From: Vicinamibacteria bacterium
Lineage (GTDB): Bacteria; Acidobacteriota; Vicinamibacteria; Fen-336
Assembly (NCBI GenBank): GCA_963578825.1
Contig: CAUZDW010000008.1
Coordinates: forward strand, 24,640-88,639
Direction of reading: 5' to 3'
Length of the DNA stretch: 64,000 nucleotides
Shown: positions 27,393-37,282 of the stretch, one piece after another
How the letters are laid out: every line of letters starts with the position of its first letter
Position numbering within the stretch: position 1 is the first letter of the stretch
Position numbers and translations under genes: made by a program
The notes under the pieces: generated by a model
The model's database searches: none
What the model saw: the letters and a program-made list of their open reading frames with translations, nothing else
What the model was told of the DNA's origin: nothing

Positions 27393-28868
27393 GTGTCGCG
27401 ACTCGTTTTGTGCCTGTCACTCGCGCTTGCACCGCCGCTCCAGGCCAAGGACGGCTACGACGTCGTGCTCGAGGGCGGGCGCGTCATCGATCCCGAGACC
27501 GGCTTCGATGCCGTGCGGAACGTCGGGATCAGGGGAGATCGCATCGTCGAGATCTCGACAGACGCCCTCTCCGGCACCGAGGTCGTCGACGTGGGCGGCC
27601 TCGTGGTGGCCCCGGGGTTCATCGACCTGCACGCTCACGGGCAGACGAACGCAGCCAACGAGTACCAGGCCCACGACGGGGTGACGACCGCCCTCGAGCT
27701 GGAGCTGGGTGTGCCGTTCGTCAAGGCCTGGCTCGAGTTGAGAAAGGGCAACGCTCTCATCAACTTCGGCGCAACGGTGTCCCATGCGAGCACTCGCTGG
27801 ATGGCCATGGCCAAGTACGCCGACGAGGCCCGGCGAGCGCGCGCCGGGGCCGAGGGGGGGCACCTGCCGGCAGCCGTGACAGCAGCATTGAACCCACCCG
27901 GCTCGGCCCGCTATGAGGCCGTGACGAGCGCGGAGATGATCTCGATGACCGAGATCCTCTCCGCTGGTCTGGGTCAGGGGGCCCTGGGGATCGGCGTGCC
28001 GGTGGGGTACTACCCCGGGGCGACCCGGGAAGAGGTCTTCCGTGTCTACGAGGTTGCGGCAAAATGGGACGTTCCGGTCTACACCCACGTGCGCGATCCG
28101 GACATCCCGGCCATCCAGGAAGCCATCGCCAACGGTGGAGCCACGGGCGCGTCGGTCCACATCGTGCACCTCAACAGCATGGCGCTCGGGCGCGTCGGTG
28201 TGGCCCTCGCCATGATCGACTCCGCCCAGAAGCGTGGGCTCGACATCACGACGGAGCTCTATCCGTATACGGCGGGATCCACACTCATCGAGTCCGCCCT
28301 CTTCAATGAGGGCTGGCAGGACGTCTTTGGCATCGACTACGGAGACCTGCAGTGGGAGGGCACTGGCGAGCGGCTCACCGAGGAAACGTTTCGGAAGTAC
28401 CGTGCGACGGGCGGCACACTCATCCTCCACGTGATGAAGGAGGAGTGGATCGAGACGGGGCTCCGCGCGCCCTTCACGATGATCGGCTCCGACGGGATGC
28501 CCTTCGCGCCTCTCGCGCACCCCCGTTCCGCCGGAACGTTCTCGCGGGTCCTGGGGCGCTACGTGCGTGAGCGGCGCACGCTCTCGTTGATCGACGCGCT
28601 CCGCAAGATGACGATCATGCCGGCTCGACGGGCCGAGTCGGCCGCGCCGTCCATGCGTCTCAAGGGGCGGCTGCAGGTCGGATGTGACGCCGACATCACT
28701 ATTTTCGACCCCGCCGCGGTCATCGACACCGCAACCTTCGGCGAGGAGCTCACCTTCGCCGAGGGCATCCCACACGTCCTGGTGAACGGCACGTTCGTCG
28801 TCCGAGAGGGCAAGACGGTGCCCGGCGTGTATCCGGGCCGGGCCGTCCTAGGCAGGTACCGCAACTGA
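27393..28868 (+). CDS. Amidohydrolase-family N-acyl-D-amino-acid deacylase (D-aminoacylase)-like, secreted
   Basis: Signal peptide [18 protein letters not shown]; [10 protein letters not shown]...[12 protein letters not shown] (metal HxH)...TIFDPAAV. Confidence 0.8.
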   Translation: MSRLVLCLSLALAPPLQAKDGYDVVLEGGRVIDPETGFDAVRNVGIRGDRIVEISTDALSGTEVVDVGGLVVAPGFIDLHAHGQTNAANEYQAHDGVTTALELELGVPFVKAWLELRKGNALINFGATVSHASTRWMAMAKYADEARRARAGAEGGHLPAAVTAALNPPGSARYEAVTSAEMISMTEILSAGLGQGALGIGVPVGYYPGATREEVFRVYEVAAKWDVPVYTHVRDPDIPAIQEAIANGGATGASVHIVHLNSMALGRVGVALAMIDSAQKRGLDITTELYPYTAGSTLIESALFNEGWQDVFGIDYGDLQWEGTGERLTEETFRKYRATGGTLILHVMKEEWIETGLRAPFTMIGSDGMPFAPLAHPRSAGTFSRVLGRYVRERRTLSLIDALRKMTIMPARRAESAAPSMRLKGRLQVGCDADITIFDPAAVIDTATFGEELTFAEGIPHVLVNGTFVVREGKTVPGVYPGRAVLGRYRN

Positions 28869-28914
28869 GGGCCCCCACGAAGGAACCACAAGCCGAAGCA
28901 AAAGAGTGACCGCC

Positions 28915-29802
28915 ATGGAACGAAAGAAGGCCAGCGATTTCGACCCGGAGCTTCTCGATCTCTTCGACAGGTACGTCCACGGGGGGATCAGCCGCCGCAC
29001 GTTCCTGGATCGTGCGGGTCGCTTCGCCGTTGGGGGCGTCACAGCGGCGGCCCTCGTGGAGACCCTGAGCCCGAACTATGCCGCGGGCGAGCAGATCGCC
29101 TCGGACGACGAGCGGCTCGAGCCGAAGTCCATCGAGTACGAGTCGCCGAAGGGGTACGGCACGGTCAAGGGCTACCTGGTGCGGCCCGCGGGATCCAGCG
29201 GGAAACTCCCCGGTGTGGTCGTCATCCACGAGAACCGGGGACTCAACCCCCATATCCGAGACGTGGCACGCCGCACCGCCCTGGCCGGCTACCTGGCCCT
29301 CGCCCCCGACGGGCTCACGTCCCTCGGAGGCTACCCCGGCACCGACGACGAGGGCCGCTCGATGCAGCGAACGCTGGACCGGGACAAGCTCTTCGAGGAC
29401 TTCGTCGCCGCGGTGGAGTTCCTCCAGTCCTACCCGGGCTGCACGGGACGGGTGGGCTGCGTGGGTTTCTGCTACGGCGGCAGCGTCTCGAACGGGCTGG
29501 CCGTGCGGGTCCCCGACCTGGCGGCCGTGGTGCCGTTCTATGGGGGGCAGGCTCCCTCTGCGGACGTGGCGAACATCAAGGCCCCGCTGCTCCTTCACTA
29601 CGCGGGCAACGACAAGAGGGTCAACGCCGACTGGCCGGCCTACGAGGAGGCGCTCAAGGCCAACGGTGTCCGCTACACGGCCCACGTCTACGAAGACACG
29701 AGCCACGGCTTTCACAACGACACGACACCGCGATACGACGAGGCCGCCGCAAAGCTGGCCTGGCAGCGAACGCTCGAGTTCTTCGAAATGCATCTGAGCT
29801 GA
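28915..29802 (+). CDS. Dienelactone hydrolase family protein with Tat signal
   Basis: [24 protein letters not shown] is a twin-arginine signal. [21 protein letters not shown]…GFCYGG (nucleophile elbow)…HGFHND. Confidence 0.8.
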   Translation: MERKKASDFDPELLDLFDRYVHGGISRRTFLDRAGRFAVGGVTAAALVETLSPNYAAGEQIASDDERLEPKSIEYESPKGYGTVKGYLVRPAGSSGKLPGVVVIHENRGLNPHIRDVARRTALAGYLALAPDGLTSLGGYPGTDDEGRSMQRTLDRDKLFEDFVAAVEFLQSYPGCTGRVGCVGFCYGGSVSNGLAVRVPDLAAVVPFYGGQAPSADVANIKAPLLLHYAGNDKRVNADWPAYEEALKANGVRYTAHVYEDTSHGFHNDTTPRYDEAAAKLAWQRTLEFFEMHLS

Positions 29803-29829
29803 CGACGACAGCCCGACGAGATGCTGACC

Positions 29830-29853
29830 GGGGACGTGACGCCCCTTCTCTCC
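29830..29853. terminator. Weak GC hairpin plus T-rich tail between convergent genes
   Basis: GGGG-acgtgacg-CCCC followed by TTCTCTCC. The stem is only 4 bp, so low confidence. Confidence 0.25.
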
Positions 29854-29885
29854 TACCGTGCGGGGGATGTCCACTTCCCGGCTCG

Positions 29886-31685
29886 TCAGTGGCCCACTGC
29901 TCGGCCCTCGTTCTGCTCATCGAGCCAGGCGACCAGTGGCTCGAAGTATTCGACCAGGGCGGAGGCGTCCACTTCGCGCTGACCAGTGAGCGCCTCGAGG
30001 GCATCGGGCCAGGGCTGGCTCATGCCCATGGCCATCATGCGCCGTAGCCGATCGCCCGCCGCCTCGCTGCCGTAGATCGAGCAGCGGTAGAGCGGGCCTT
30101 CGTACCCGGCCTCGCGGCACAGCGCTCGATGAAACTGGAACTGGAGGATGCGGGCGAGGAAGTAACGCGTGTACGGCGTGTAGGCCGGCACGTGGTACTT
30201 GGCGCCAGGGTCGAAGTCGTCTTCGGTGCGAGGGGCGGGGGCCTCGATGCCCTGGTATTCCTCCCGCAGCTCCCACCATGCCTCGTTGTAGTGCTCGGGT
30301 GACAGCTCGCCCGAGAAGACCTTCCAGCGCCACTTGTCGATCACCAGGCCAAACGGCAGGAAGGACACCTTGTCGAGGGCGGTGCGGAGCAACAGGGCCA
30401 CGTCGGCGCTCGTGTCGGGCTCGCGGTCGAGCAGCCCGATCTCGACCAGGTAGCCCGGGGTGACCGAGAGGGCCACGGCGTCGCCGAGCGCCTCGTGGAA
30501 ACCGTCGTTGGCGCTCCCGCGGAAGAGAAACGGCTGCTGACGGTAGGCCCGCTGGTAGTAGTTGTGTCCCAGCTCGTGGTGCACGGTGACGAAATCCTCG
30601 GCGTCGACTTTGATGCACATCTTGATCCGGAGGTCCTGATTGTTGTCCACGTTCCAGGCACTCGCGTGACAGACCACCTCGCGATCCCTCGGCTTCACGA
30701 AGAGGGAGCGCTCCCAGAACGTGTCGGGGAGCGGCTCGAAGCCCAGGGACGAGAAGAAGCGCTCGCCGATTCTGACCAGCTCCAGCTCGTCGACACCCTT
30801 TCGACGGAGGAGCTCGGTGAGGTCGTAGCCTCGGCTTCCAGTGCCCAGCGCGACCAAGGGGTAGATGTTTCCCCACTCCTGAGCCCACATGTTCCCCAGG
30901 AGATGGGCGGGGATGGGCCCGGACTCCGGCACCTTGTCTGGCCCGTACCGGGCACGGAGCCCGGCACGCACGTGAGCGTGGAGGGCCTCGTAGAGGGGTT
31001 TCACCTGGCCCCACAGCCGGTCGAGCTCGGCCTCGAACTCGTCCGGGGCCATGTCGTAGTTCGACCGCCAAAGGACCCCGAGATCGTCGAAGCCCAGCTC
31101 GCGGGCGCCGGTGTTCCCGATCTCGACCGTGCGCTGGTACCTGGCCTTCATCGGAGGCGCGATGGTGCGCCACCCCTGCCACGCGTCGAGCAGCTCGTCG
31201 TAGTCACGACTCTCCGCCATGACCTTCTCGAGGTCGTTGAGCGGCCGGCCCTCGTGTTTTCCCTTGCCGTAGACACTCTCGAGGTCCACGGCGAGGCGGG
31301 CGAGCTCGGCCCGGTCGCCGGCGTCGGCTGGTCCGGGGAGGGTCTGGGAGAGCTTCAGGAGCTTCATCTGACGGGCGAGGTCGGGTGGAAGCTCGAGGCC
31401 ATCGTAGACCGCGGCCTCGGCAGCGAGCTCCACGCTGGTCCCCATGACGGCCTCTCGGGCCTCGGCCGCCACGGTGTCCGTGTCCCGGGTGATGAAGTTG
31501 GCCTGCACCCAGGCCGCGCGGGCCGATCGATTGTTGTCCTCCAGCAGGCGAGCGTTGGCGTCTTCCAGGAACGCCCGGGCATCGTCCACTGCGGGGACCG
31601 TCGTGCAGGCCGAAACGCCCAGGAGCGAAAGTGTCGTCGCGGCGGCCACTGCCGCCCATCGGCGCAGAGGGTGACTCTGTCTCAT
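29886..31685 (-). CDS. M2 family metallopeptidase (angiotensin-converting-enzyme-like peptidyl-dipeptidase), lipoprotein
   Basis: Signal with lipobox LLGVSAC. The zinc site HHELGHNYY plus downstream FHEALGD is the HEXXH...E arrangement of ACE/M2. SD GAGGAG before the ATG. Confidence 0.85.
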   Translation of the reverse strand: MRQSHPLRRWAAVAAATTLSLLGVSACTTVPAVDDARAFLEDANARLLEDNNRSARAAWVQANFITRDTDTVAAEAREAVMGTSVELAAEAAVYDGLELPPDLARQMKLLKLSQTLPGPADAGDRAELARLAVDLESVYGKGKHEGRPLNDLEKVMAESRDYDELLDAWQGWRTIAPPMKARYQRTVEIGNTGARELGFDDLGVLWRSNYDMAPDEFEAELDRLWGQVKPLYEALHAHVRAGLRARYGPDKVPESGPIPAHLLGNMWAQEWGNIYPLVALGTGSRGYDLTELLRRKGVDELELVRIGERFFSSLGFEPLPDTFWERSLFVKPRDREVVCHASAWNVDNNQDLRIKMCIKVDAEDFVTVHHELGHNYYQRAYRQQPFLFRGSANDGFHEALGDAVALSVTPGYLVEIGLLDREPDTSADVALLLRTALDKVSFLPFGLVIDKWRWKVFSGELSPEHYNEAWWELREEYQGIEAPAPRTEDDFDPGAKYHVPAYTPYTRYFLARILQFQFHRALCREAGYEGPLYRCSIYGSEAAGDRLRRMMAMGMSQPWPDALEALTGQREVDASALVEYFEPLVAWLDEQNEGRAVGH

Positions 31686-31710
31686 GGCTTTCTCCTCGTC
31701 TGTCTCGTTC

Positions 31711-33453
31711 TCACGTCTGGTCCAGGGACTCCACCCGGCCCGCGAGAGCGGCCAGGCCGTCGTCGAGGTCGGCAAGGGCGGACTCCGCCGCTCGCAGTCG
31801 ATCCCCCTCGGTTCGCACGAAGCGAGAATAGGGAGCGATGGCCTCGCGCACCTTCTGCAAGCTGCGGTCGCGCTCGCTCTCGAAGCTCGCGGTCAGGGAC
31901 GAGAGGAGCTTCTCGTGGAGGGAGGCCACCCTCGCCGCGAGCTCGGCCCGCGCCTTGCGACGGCGGGCAGGCAGGACGAAGAGCCCGAGCACCGAAAGGG
32001 CTCCGGCGGCCACCAGCCCGGTCACGTCGACAGCGGTGCTGGTGGCCAGGGTCGTCACCAGGGCGCCGAGTCCCAGGGCCGAGACTTGGAGGAGCGCCGT
32101 CTGGGCGACCGAGTCGCGCACGGTCTGAGCGAGGCGTCTGGCCTCGGCGGGGGCATCGTATCCATCGACTGCGCGCTGTGCCTCGGTGCGCACCGCCCCC
32201 AGAAGGCGCTGCCGGTCGTACCCGAAGCGATCCTCGACCCGACCCACCATCTTGTCGGCGTGGGCGACTTGCCGACCACCGAGGTGCTCCATGACGTCCT
32301 GCCACTGCCGGAGCTCCGCCTCCACCATCCAGTCGACGACCGCCTCCACCCGGGTCTCGACCTCGCGAGGCAGCTCGGCGACGACAGTCGTCTCGAAGTC
32401 CCGGCGGAGGCGCTCCTTGCTCAGCAGCTCGTGGATGCGCATCAGGCGAAGGCGCTCGTCGAAGAAAGCGTTCCCGCGCCGCTCGAAGTCGAGGAGGACC
32501 TTCTCGACGTCGGAGAGCCGCAGCCGGAAGTCCCGCTCCAAGTCGGCGCGACGGGCGGCGAGATCGGCCTCCACCGTTTCCAGCGTGTCGAGATCCCCCT
32601 CGAGAACCCTCAACCGGCCGTCGACGACCGCAGCCACCTCGCCGTGGACACGGCGGCCCACGCCCAGCGGGTTCTGGAGCTTCAAGCGGAACCGCTCGCC
32701 CTCGTCCAGGGTGGCGGTGACTCGGGCTTCGAAGGACTCGAGGCCGCTCGCGTCGAGCGCCACCTCGTCGCCGTCCAGACGGGCCTGAAGCGCCCGGCGG
32801 GCGGAGAGCGCGAACACCTCCGGCGCGAACCCGAGGGTCCGTTGCGCCTGGTCTCTCACATAGGTCACGACCCGTGAGACATCGTCCGGCGACTCGAGGA
32901 GATCGGCCTTGTTCACGACGACGATCACCTTCTTGCCCCAGGCCCGGATCGCCTCGAGAAAGGCCCGCTCGCTCTCGGCGAAAGGCCGATCGGAGGACGT
33001 GACGAACAGCACGAGGTCGGCGCGGGGGACGAACTCTCGGGTCAGGGCCTCGTGTTCTCTCAGCACCGCGTTCGTGCCCGGGGTGTCGACGATCACGAGA
33101 TCGCGGAGGATCTCGCTGGGGGCCGTGAGGCTCTCGAGCCCGGCCGCGGTCACCTCACGCCCCATCTCCTCACCGTGGCGAAGGAGACCAATGCGGGCCG
33201 TGGTCGGGGTGATTCCCTCCTCCAGCACTTTCTGGCCGAGGAGCGCGTTGATGAACGCGCTCTTCCCCGCGTTGAACTCCCCGACGACGACGAGCAGGAA
33301 GGGCTCCTCGAGCTGCTCGATCGAGTCGGCGAGGGCCTTCCGCTGCTCCTCGGGGGCCTCGAGTCGGACGAGCCAGTCCCGAAGCTCGCCGAGGAGGCGG
33401 CGCTCGTCGCCCAGGAGGGCGCGGCGCGTCTCGTCGAGGCTGGGCGTGATCAT
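31711..33453 (-). CDS. Bacterial dynamin-like GTPase (BDLP/DynA/LeoA family)
   Basis: G1 GEFNAGKSAFINALLG, G3 DTPG, G4 NKAD. Long coiled-coil stalk, then a C-terminal double hydrophobic paddle (LLQVSALGLGALVTTLA…LVAAGALSVLGLFVL). It ends 25 nt before the ACE-like gene start. Confidence 0.8.
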   Translation of the reverse strand: MITPSLDETRRALLGDERRLLGELRDWLVRLEAPEEQRKALADSIEQLEEPFLLVVVGEFNAGKSAFINALLGQKVLEEGITPTTARIGLLRHGEEMGREVTAAGLESLTAPSEILRDLVIVDTPGTNAVLREHEALTREFVPRADLVLFVTSSDRPFAESERAFLEAIRAWGKKVIVVVNKADLLESPDDVSRVVTYVRDQAQRTLGFAPEVFALSARRALQARLDGDEVALDASGLESFEARVTATLDEGERFRLKLQNPLGVGRRVHGEVAAVVDGRLRVLEGDLDTLETVEADLAARRADLERDFRLRLSDVEKVLLDFERRGNAFFDERLRLMRIHELLSKERLRRDFETTVVAELPREVETRVEAVVDWMVEAELRQWQDVMEHLGGRQVAHADKMVGRVEDRFGYDRQRLLGAVRTEAQRAVDGYDAPAEARRLAQTVRDSVAQTALLQVSALGLGALVTTLATSTAVDVTGLVAAGALSVLGLFVLPARRRKARAELAARVASLHEKLLSSLTASFESERDRSLQKVREAIAPYSRFVRTEGDRLRAAESALADLDDGLAALAGRVESLDQT

Positions 33454-33472
33454 GGTCGATGGTCGATGGTCG
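33452..33472. repeat. Tandem heptamer (ATGGTCG)x3 at the dynamin gene start codon
   Basis: Plus catggtcgatggtcgatggtcgg. On the minus strand this is CGACCAT x3, with the last copy supplying the ATG of the dynamin gene. Confidence 0.6.
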
Positions 33473-33560
33473 GCTGGACGCTCCCGGGGGCGCGCCAGGG
33501 GCGCGGGGAAGTTCCAAGGCGAGCTTAGTACGGAATGCGCGGCAAGGGGAATGGACCACC

Positions 33561-34640
33561 CTAGAACGTGTAGCCGAGGGCGAGAGTGACCGCGAAGTCT
33601 TCCTTGGAGACGCCCTCGGTCGGGGGCTCGGAGTCGTAGTTATAGAAACCCTTGATCACGAGATGGAAGTCGCTGAAGAGCTCCCGGTCCAGGCGCACGT
33701 TCAGGTCCACACGGTAGCGGCCCCAGTCGGTCAGCCCGAAGGTGACGATCGAGCCGATCTCGACGTCCGTCTTCGGGAAGTCGTAGGCGAAGTTGGCCCA
33801 GTCCAGGGCGATCAGGGCCTCCAGGTTCGTAGCCCTCTCGCCGTTCACTGGCACCTCGCGGTTGACGTAGAGGCCGGCGGCACCCAGGATCTCGTTGCCC
33901 TGGCTGCGCACCAAGTAGCGTCCCCAGGCGCCTGTGATGCCGGCGCGGAGGTCATAGCCAAGCGCAGTGTTCTGATCCGCGGAGACGCGCCCCATGGCAA
34001 AGTGACGACGCTCGAAGGTGCGGACATATGTCGCCGCAAGGGAGTTTCGTGTGGTGTCCTCGATGTTCTCCGGCCGCTGGAGGAACGAGCTGCCCTTGAG
34101 CTCGGCGGAAAAGGTCGGTCGAGTGAACTTGACGGAGAAGTCGCCGTTGAACTCGACCAGATCGCTGGCTTTCGTATAACCGAAACCGACGTCGACCGAG
34201 CCCGAGAGCCTTTTCCAGAAGCTGCTCTTGATGGACTGGACGCGAGCGATGGTCTCGAGGGGCACGGTCTCGATCCCGGTGGCCGTGGCGACCTGAAGCC
34301 CTTCGTCCGGGATGGTCTCCAAGGGGCCGAAGTAGAGACCGCCATAGAGGTCCTCGATCTCGAAGAGGCCCGCGGCCGTCAGCGACTCGATCTTGTCCCA
34401 TTCGATGTCGACGGTGCCCATGTCGTCGGTCTTGACCCGAATCTTCCCGCGCCTGAGGCTCACGATCTCGCAGGTGATCTGATCCCCGTTCTTGAGAACG
34501 ATGACGTCCGTCTTGGGGTCGGCGCGAGCCGGGACCGAGAAGCCGAGGACGACGATCGCGAGCCACACCGCACCGATGACGAAGAAACGGTACCGGACAC
34601 TGGAGGCCGGCGCGGAAACCACGGTGGGACGTGCGATCAT
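33561..34640 (-). CDS. Outer-membrane beta-barrel protein, DUF481-like
   Basis: Signal peptide; N-terminal VLKNGDQITCEIVS...GKIRVKTDDMGTVDIEW module; alternating amphipathic strands; C-terminal aromatic ...LALGYTF typical of OMPs. Confidence 0.55.
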   Translation of the reverse strand: MIARPTVVSAPASSVRYRFFVIGAVWLAIVVLGFSVPARADPKTDVIVLKNGDQITCEIVSLRRGKIRVKTDDMGTVDIEWDKIESLTAAGLFEIEDLYGGLYFGPLETIPDEGLQVATATGIETVPLETIARVQSIKSSFWKRLSGSVDVGFGYTKASDLVEFNGDFSVKFTRPTFSAELKGSSFLQRPENIEDTTRNSLAATYVRTFERRHFAMGRVSADQNTALGYDLRAGITGAWGRYLVRSQGNEILGAAGLYVNREVPVNGERATNLEALIALDWANFAYDFPKTDVEIGSIVTFGLTDWGRYRVDLNVRLDRELFSDFHLVIKGFYNYDSEPPTEGVSKEDFAVTLALGYTF

Positions 34641-34702
34641 GGTGGCAGGTACAAGGCGAGTATGCCCGGCCCGGGGGCGGTGGTAGTCTAGGCCTCCTCT
34701 CG

Positions 34703-35764
34703 ATGCTCTTCGACATCGGCCTCTTCCTGGGCGGTCTGGTGGTCCTCGTGACCGGCGGGCACGCCCTCGTGAACGGGTCCTCCGCGCTCGCTCGGCGGCT
34801 TCGGCTGTCCCCGCTCGTGATCGGTCTGACGGTGGTGGCCTGGGGCACGAGCGCGCCGGAGCTCGCGGTCAGCCTTGGTGCCGCTCTCGACGGCCGGGGA
34901 GGCATGGCTCTCGGCAACGTCGTCGGCAGCAACATCATCAACATCCTCGGCGTGCTCGGCGCCTCGGCGCTCCTCACACCGCTGGTGGTCTCGAGGCAGC
35001 TGGTGTGGCGCGACGTGCCGATCCTCGTCGTTCTGTCCGGAGCGGTCCTCGTGCTGGGCTACGAGGGGCATCTCGGGCGCGGGGAGGGTGGGCTGCTGTT
35101 CCTCGCCGGCCTCGGGTACACCGTCCACACCATCCGGGCGAGTCGGCGTGAGAGCGTCGCGGTGTCCGACGAGCGCCCGCGTGCAGAGGTTCGGCTTCCT
35201 CGTGCCAGCCTCCTGGTCGCGGTGGGGATGCTCCTGCTCGTGGTCGGGGCGCGCTGGATAGTGAGCGCGGCCACGACCTTCGCCCAGGCCCTGGGCGTGA
35301 GCGATCTCGTCGTGGGCCTGACGGTGGTCGCGGTCGGCACGTCGCTGCCCGAGGTGACTGCTTCGATCGTCGCCGCATGGCGGGGGGAAAGAGATATGGC
35401 GGTGGGAAACGTCATCGGCAGCAACATCTTCAATATCGTGAACGTGCTCGGCCTCACCGCACTCCTGGCGCCGCAGGGCGTGCCGGTGCCCGAGCCGGCG
35501 CTTCGATTCGACCTCCCGGTGATGATCGTGGTGGCGGCGGCCTGCCTCCCGATTTTCTACACCGGGCATCGGATCAACCGGTGGGAGGGGGCGCTGTTTC
35601 TCGGTTACTACGCTGTCTATCTCCTTTTCGTCGTGCTGCAGGCGGAGCGGCACGACGCGCTGCCGGCTTTCAGCCGGGCCATGCTCTTCTTCGTGATCCC
35701 GCTCACGGTGGCGACGGTGGGCGTCGTGGCCTGGCGCGAGCTTCGGCGCCCAGCCCGCACCTGA
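34703..35764 (+). CDS. Ca2+/Na+ antiporter (CaCA/YrbG family)
   Basis: Two alpha-repeats, GTSAPELAVS and GTSLPEVTAS; 10 TM helices. Confidence 0.8.
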   Translation: MLFDIGLFLGGLVVLVTGGHALVNGSSALARRLRLSPLVIGLTVVAWGTSAPELAVSLGAALDGRGGMALGNVVGSNIINILGVLGASALLTPLVVSRQLVWRDVPILVVLSGAVLVLGYEGHLGRGEGGLLFLAGLGYTVHTIRASRRESVAVSDERPRAEVRLPRASLLVAVGMLLLVVGARWIVSAATTFAQALGVSDLVVGLTVVAVGTSLPEVTASIVAAWRGERDMAVGNVIGSNIFNIVNVLGLTALLAPQGVPVPEPALRFDLPVMIVVAAACLPIFYTGHRINRWEGALFLGYYAVYLLFVVLQAERHDALPAFSRAMLFFVIPLTVATVGVVAWRELRRPART

Positions 35765-36052
35765 GCGGCGAGGCTGGGGCCTCCGAAGAGCACCAGGTTG
35801 CCGAGGAGGATACCGACGAGAAGCTCGCCGAGAACCACGGGCAGGCACCGGCGAGGAAGAAGGCGAGAGCAAGGAGGATCTGGGCCTGCTCCTCCTTCGC
35901 CCCTGCAGACGCAAGAACAGAGGGCAGAATCGCCATGCGAGCCCGCAGGTCTAGCGCCCGCGGCTTCGCCCACGGGATGTGGTATAGGTGTGGTGTCCGC
36001 CAGCCACGAGGGTCCCGTGGGGAAGGTCCGGGCCGCGGCGGTCAGGAGCCTC

Positions 36053-37282
36053 ATGAGCGATTTCCACCAGTTCGGTCCCGTCACTGCCATCCCGTTGCTT
36101 GCGGCCCGCGACCCGGAGGAGATGGAGCAGCGCCTCGAGGAGCTGACCGAGCGATTCCCCGTGTCGCTGGTCATTCCCATGATCCCCAGCGAGATGGATC
36201 GGCCCGCCCTTGGTCGAATCCTGGACGAGCTGTACCAGGTGAAGTGGATCGACACGCTCGTGGTCTCCCTGAATCGAGCCACCCTGGAGGACTACCGGCG
36301 CGCCGTCGAGTTCTTCGATCGCTACCAGGGACGCAAGATGGTGCTGTGGAGCGAGTCGCCGGCGGTCTCGGCCTTCGTGTCGGACATGGCGGCCGCCGGG
36401 CTCTACACGGGCGAGACAGGGAAGGGGCGCGCGTGCTGGCTGGCCATCGGGCTCATCCTCGCCGAGGATCGCACCTCCTACATCGCTTTCCAGGATGCAG
36501 ACGTCATCAACTACACACGCTGGATGCTGGGTCGCCTGGTGCTCCCCGCCATCGAGCCGACCGTCGATTTCGATTTCGTGAAGGCCTACTACGGTCGCGT
36601 CTCCGATCGACTCCACGGTCGGGTGACCAGGCTCCTGCTGACGCCCCTTCTTGGAGCGTTCACGAGGCTGATCGGCTCGGACCCCTACATCCGCTATCTT
36701 TCCTCGTTTCGCTACGCCCTCTCCGGGGAGTTCACCATCAAGCGCGATCTGGCCGAGCAGCTCCGGCTGCCCTGCGATTGGGGTCTCGAGATCGTGACGC
36801 TCTTCGAAGCGCTCCGGCACCGCGCTCCCGGGCGGCTCTGCCAGGTCGAGATCACCGAGCGCTACGACCACAAGCACCAGGATCTCTCCGGGCAGGACCC
36901 GACCCAGGGGCTCAACCGCATGGCGCGCGACGTCATCAAGCACCTGCTGAGAACGCTGGCCGCGGCTGGCGTGACCCTCTCGCCCGGGCTTCTCATGAGC
37001 CTTCTCGCGGCCTACCAGCGCCAGGCGGAGGATGCGGTCAACGACTCGTACGCCGTAGCGGTGGTCAACCACCTGAAATACGACCGGCACGCCGAGGAGC
37101 AGAGCGTGCACGTGTTCGCCGAGGCACTGAGGGCCTCGATCGACGAGTTCCTGGCCGATCCGCTGGGCCCTCCCCTCGTGCCGAACTGGTCGCGGGTGTG
37201 GGCGGGCGTTCCCGACGCGAGCGCGCGGCTGCTCGCCGCCGTCGAGAGGGGAGCGGAGCCCCCGAGCGGGGTTCGACGGTGA
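36053..37282 (+). CDS. Glycosyltransferase of the mannosyl/glucosyl-3-phosphoglycerate synthase type (MpgS/MggA-like)
   Basis: SD AGGAG before the ATG. 409 aa with IAFQDADVINY (DXD-like). It is immediately followed by, and start/stop-overlapped with, a YedP/MpgP-type phosphatase. The family assignment is an inference. Confidence 0.6.
   Translation: MSDFHQFGPVTAIPLLAARDPEEMEQRLEELTERFPVSLVIPMIPSEMDRPALGRILDELYQVKWIDTLVVSLNRATLEDYRRAVEFFDRYQGRKMVLWSESPAVSAFVSDMAAAGLYTGETGKGRACWLAIGLILAEDRTSYIAFQDADVINYTRWMLGRLVLPAIEPTVDFDFVKAYYGRVSDRLHGRVTRLLLTPLLGAFTRLIGSDPYIRYLSSFRYALSGEFTIKRDLAEQLRLPCDWGLEIVTLFEALRHRAPGRLCQVEITERYDHKHQDLSGQDPTQGLNRMARDVIKHLLRTLAAAGVTLSPGLLMSLLAAYQRQAEDAVNDSYAVAVVNHLKYDRHAEEQSVHVFAEALRASIDEFLADPLGPPLVPNWSRVWAGVPDASARLLAAVERGAEPPSGVRR

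Noticed and set aside
33475-33495. GC hairpin CGCGCC-agg-GGCGCG downstream of the DUF481 gene as an intrinsic terminator
   Set aside because: No U-run follows on the transcribed (minus) strand, and it lies in the dynamin promoter region, so it was not called.
35703-35936. 77-aa minus-strand ORF at the CaCA 3' end
   Set aside because: It overlaps the antiporter terminus antisense, has no SD and low complexity. It is probably spurious.
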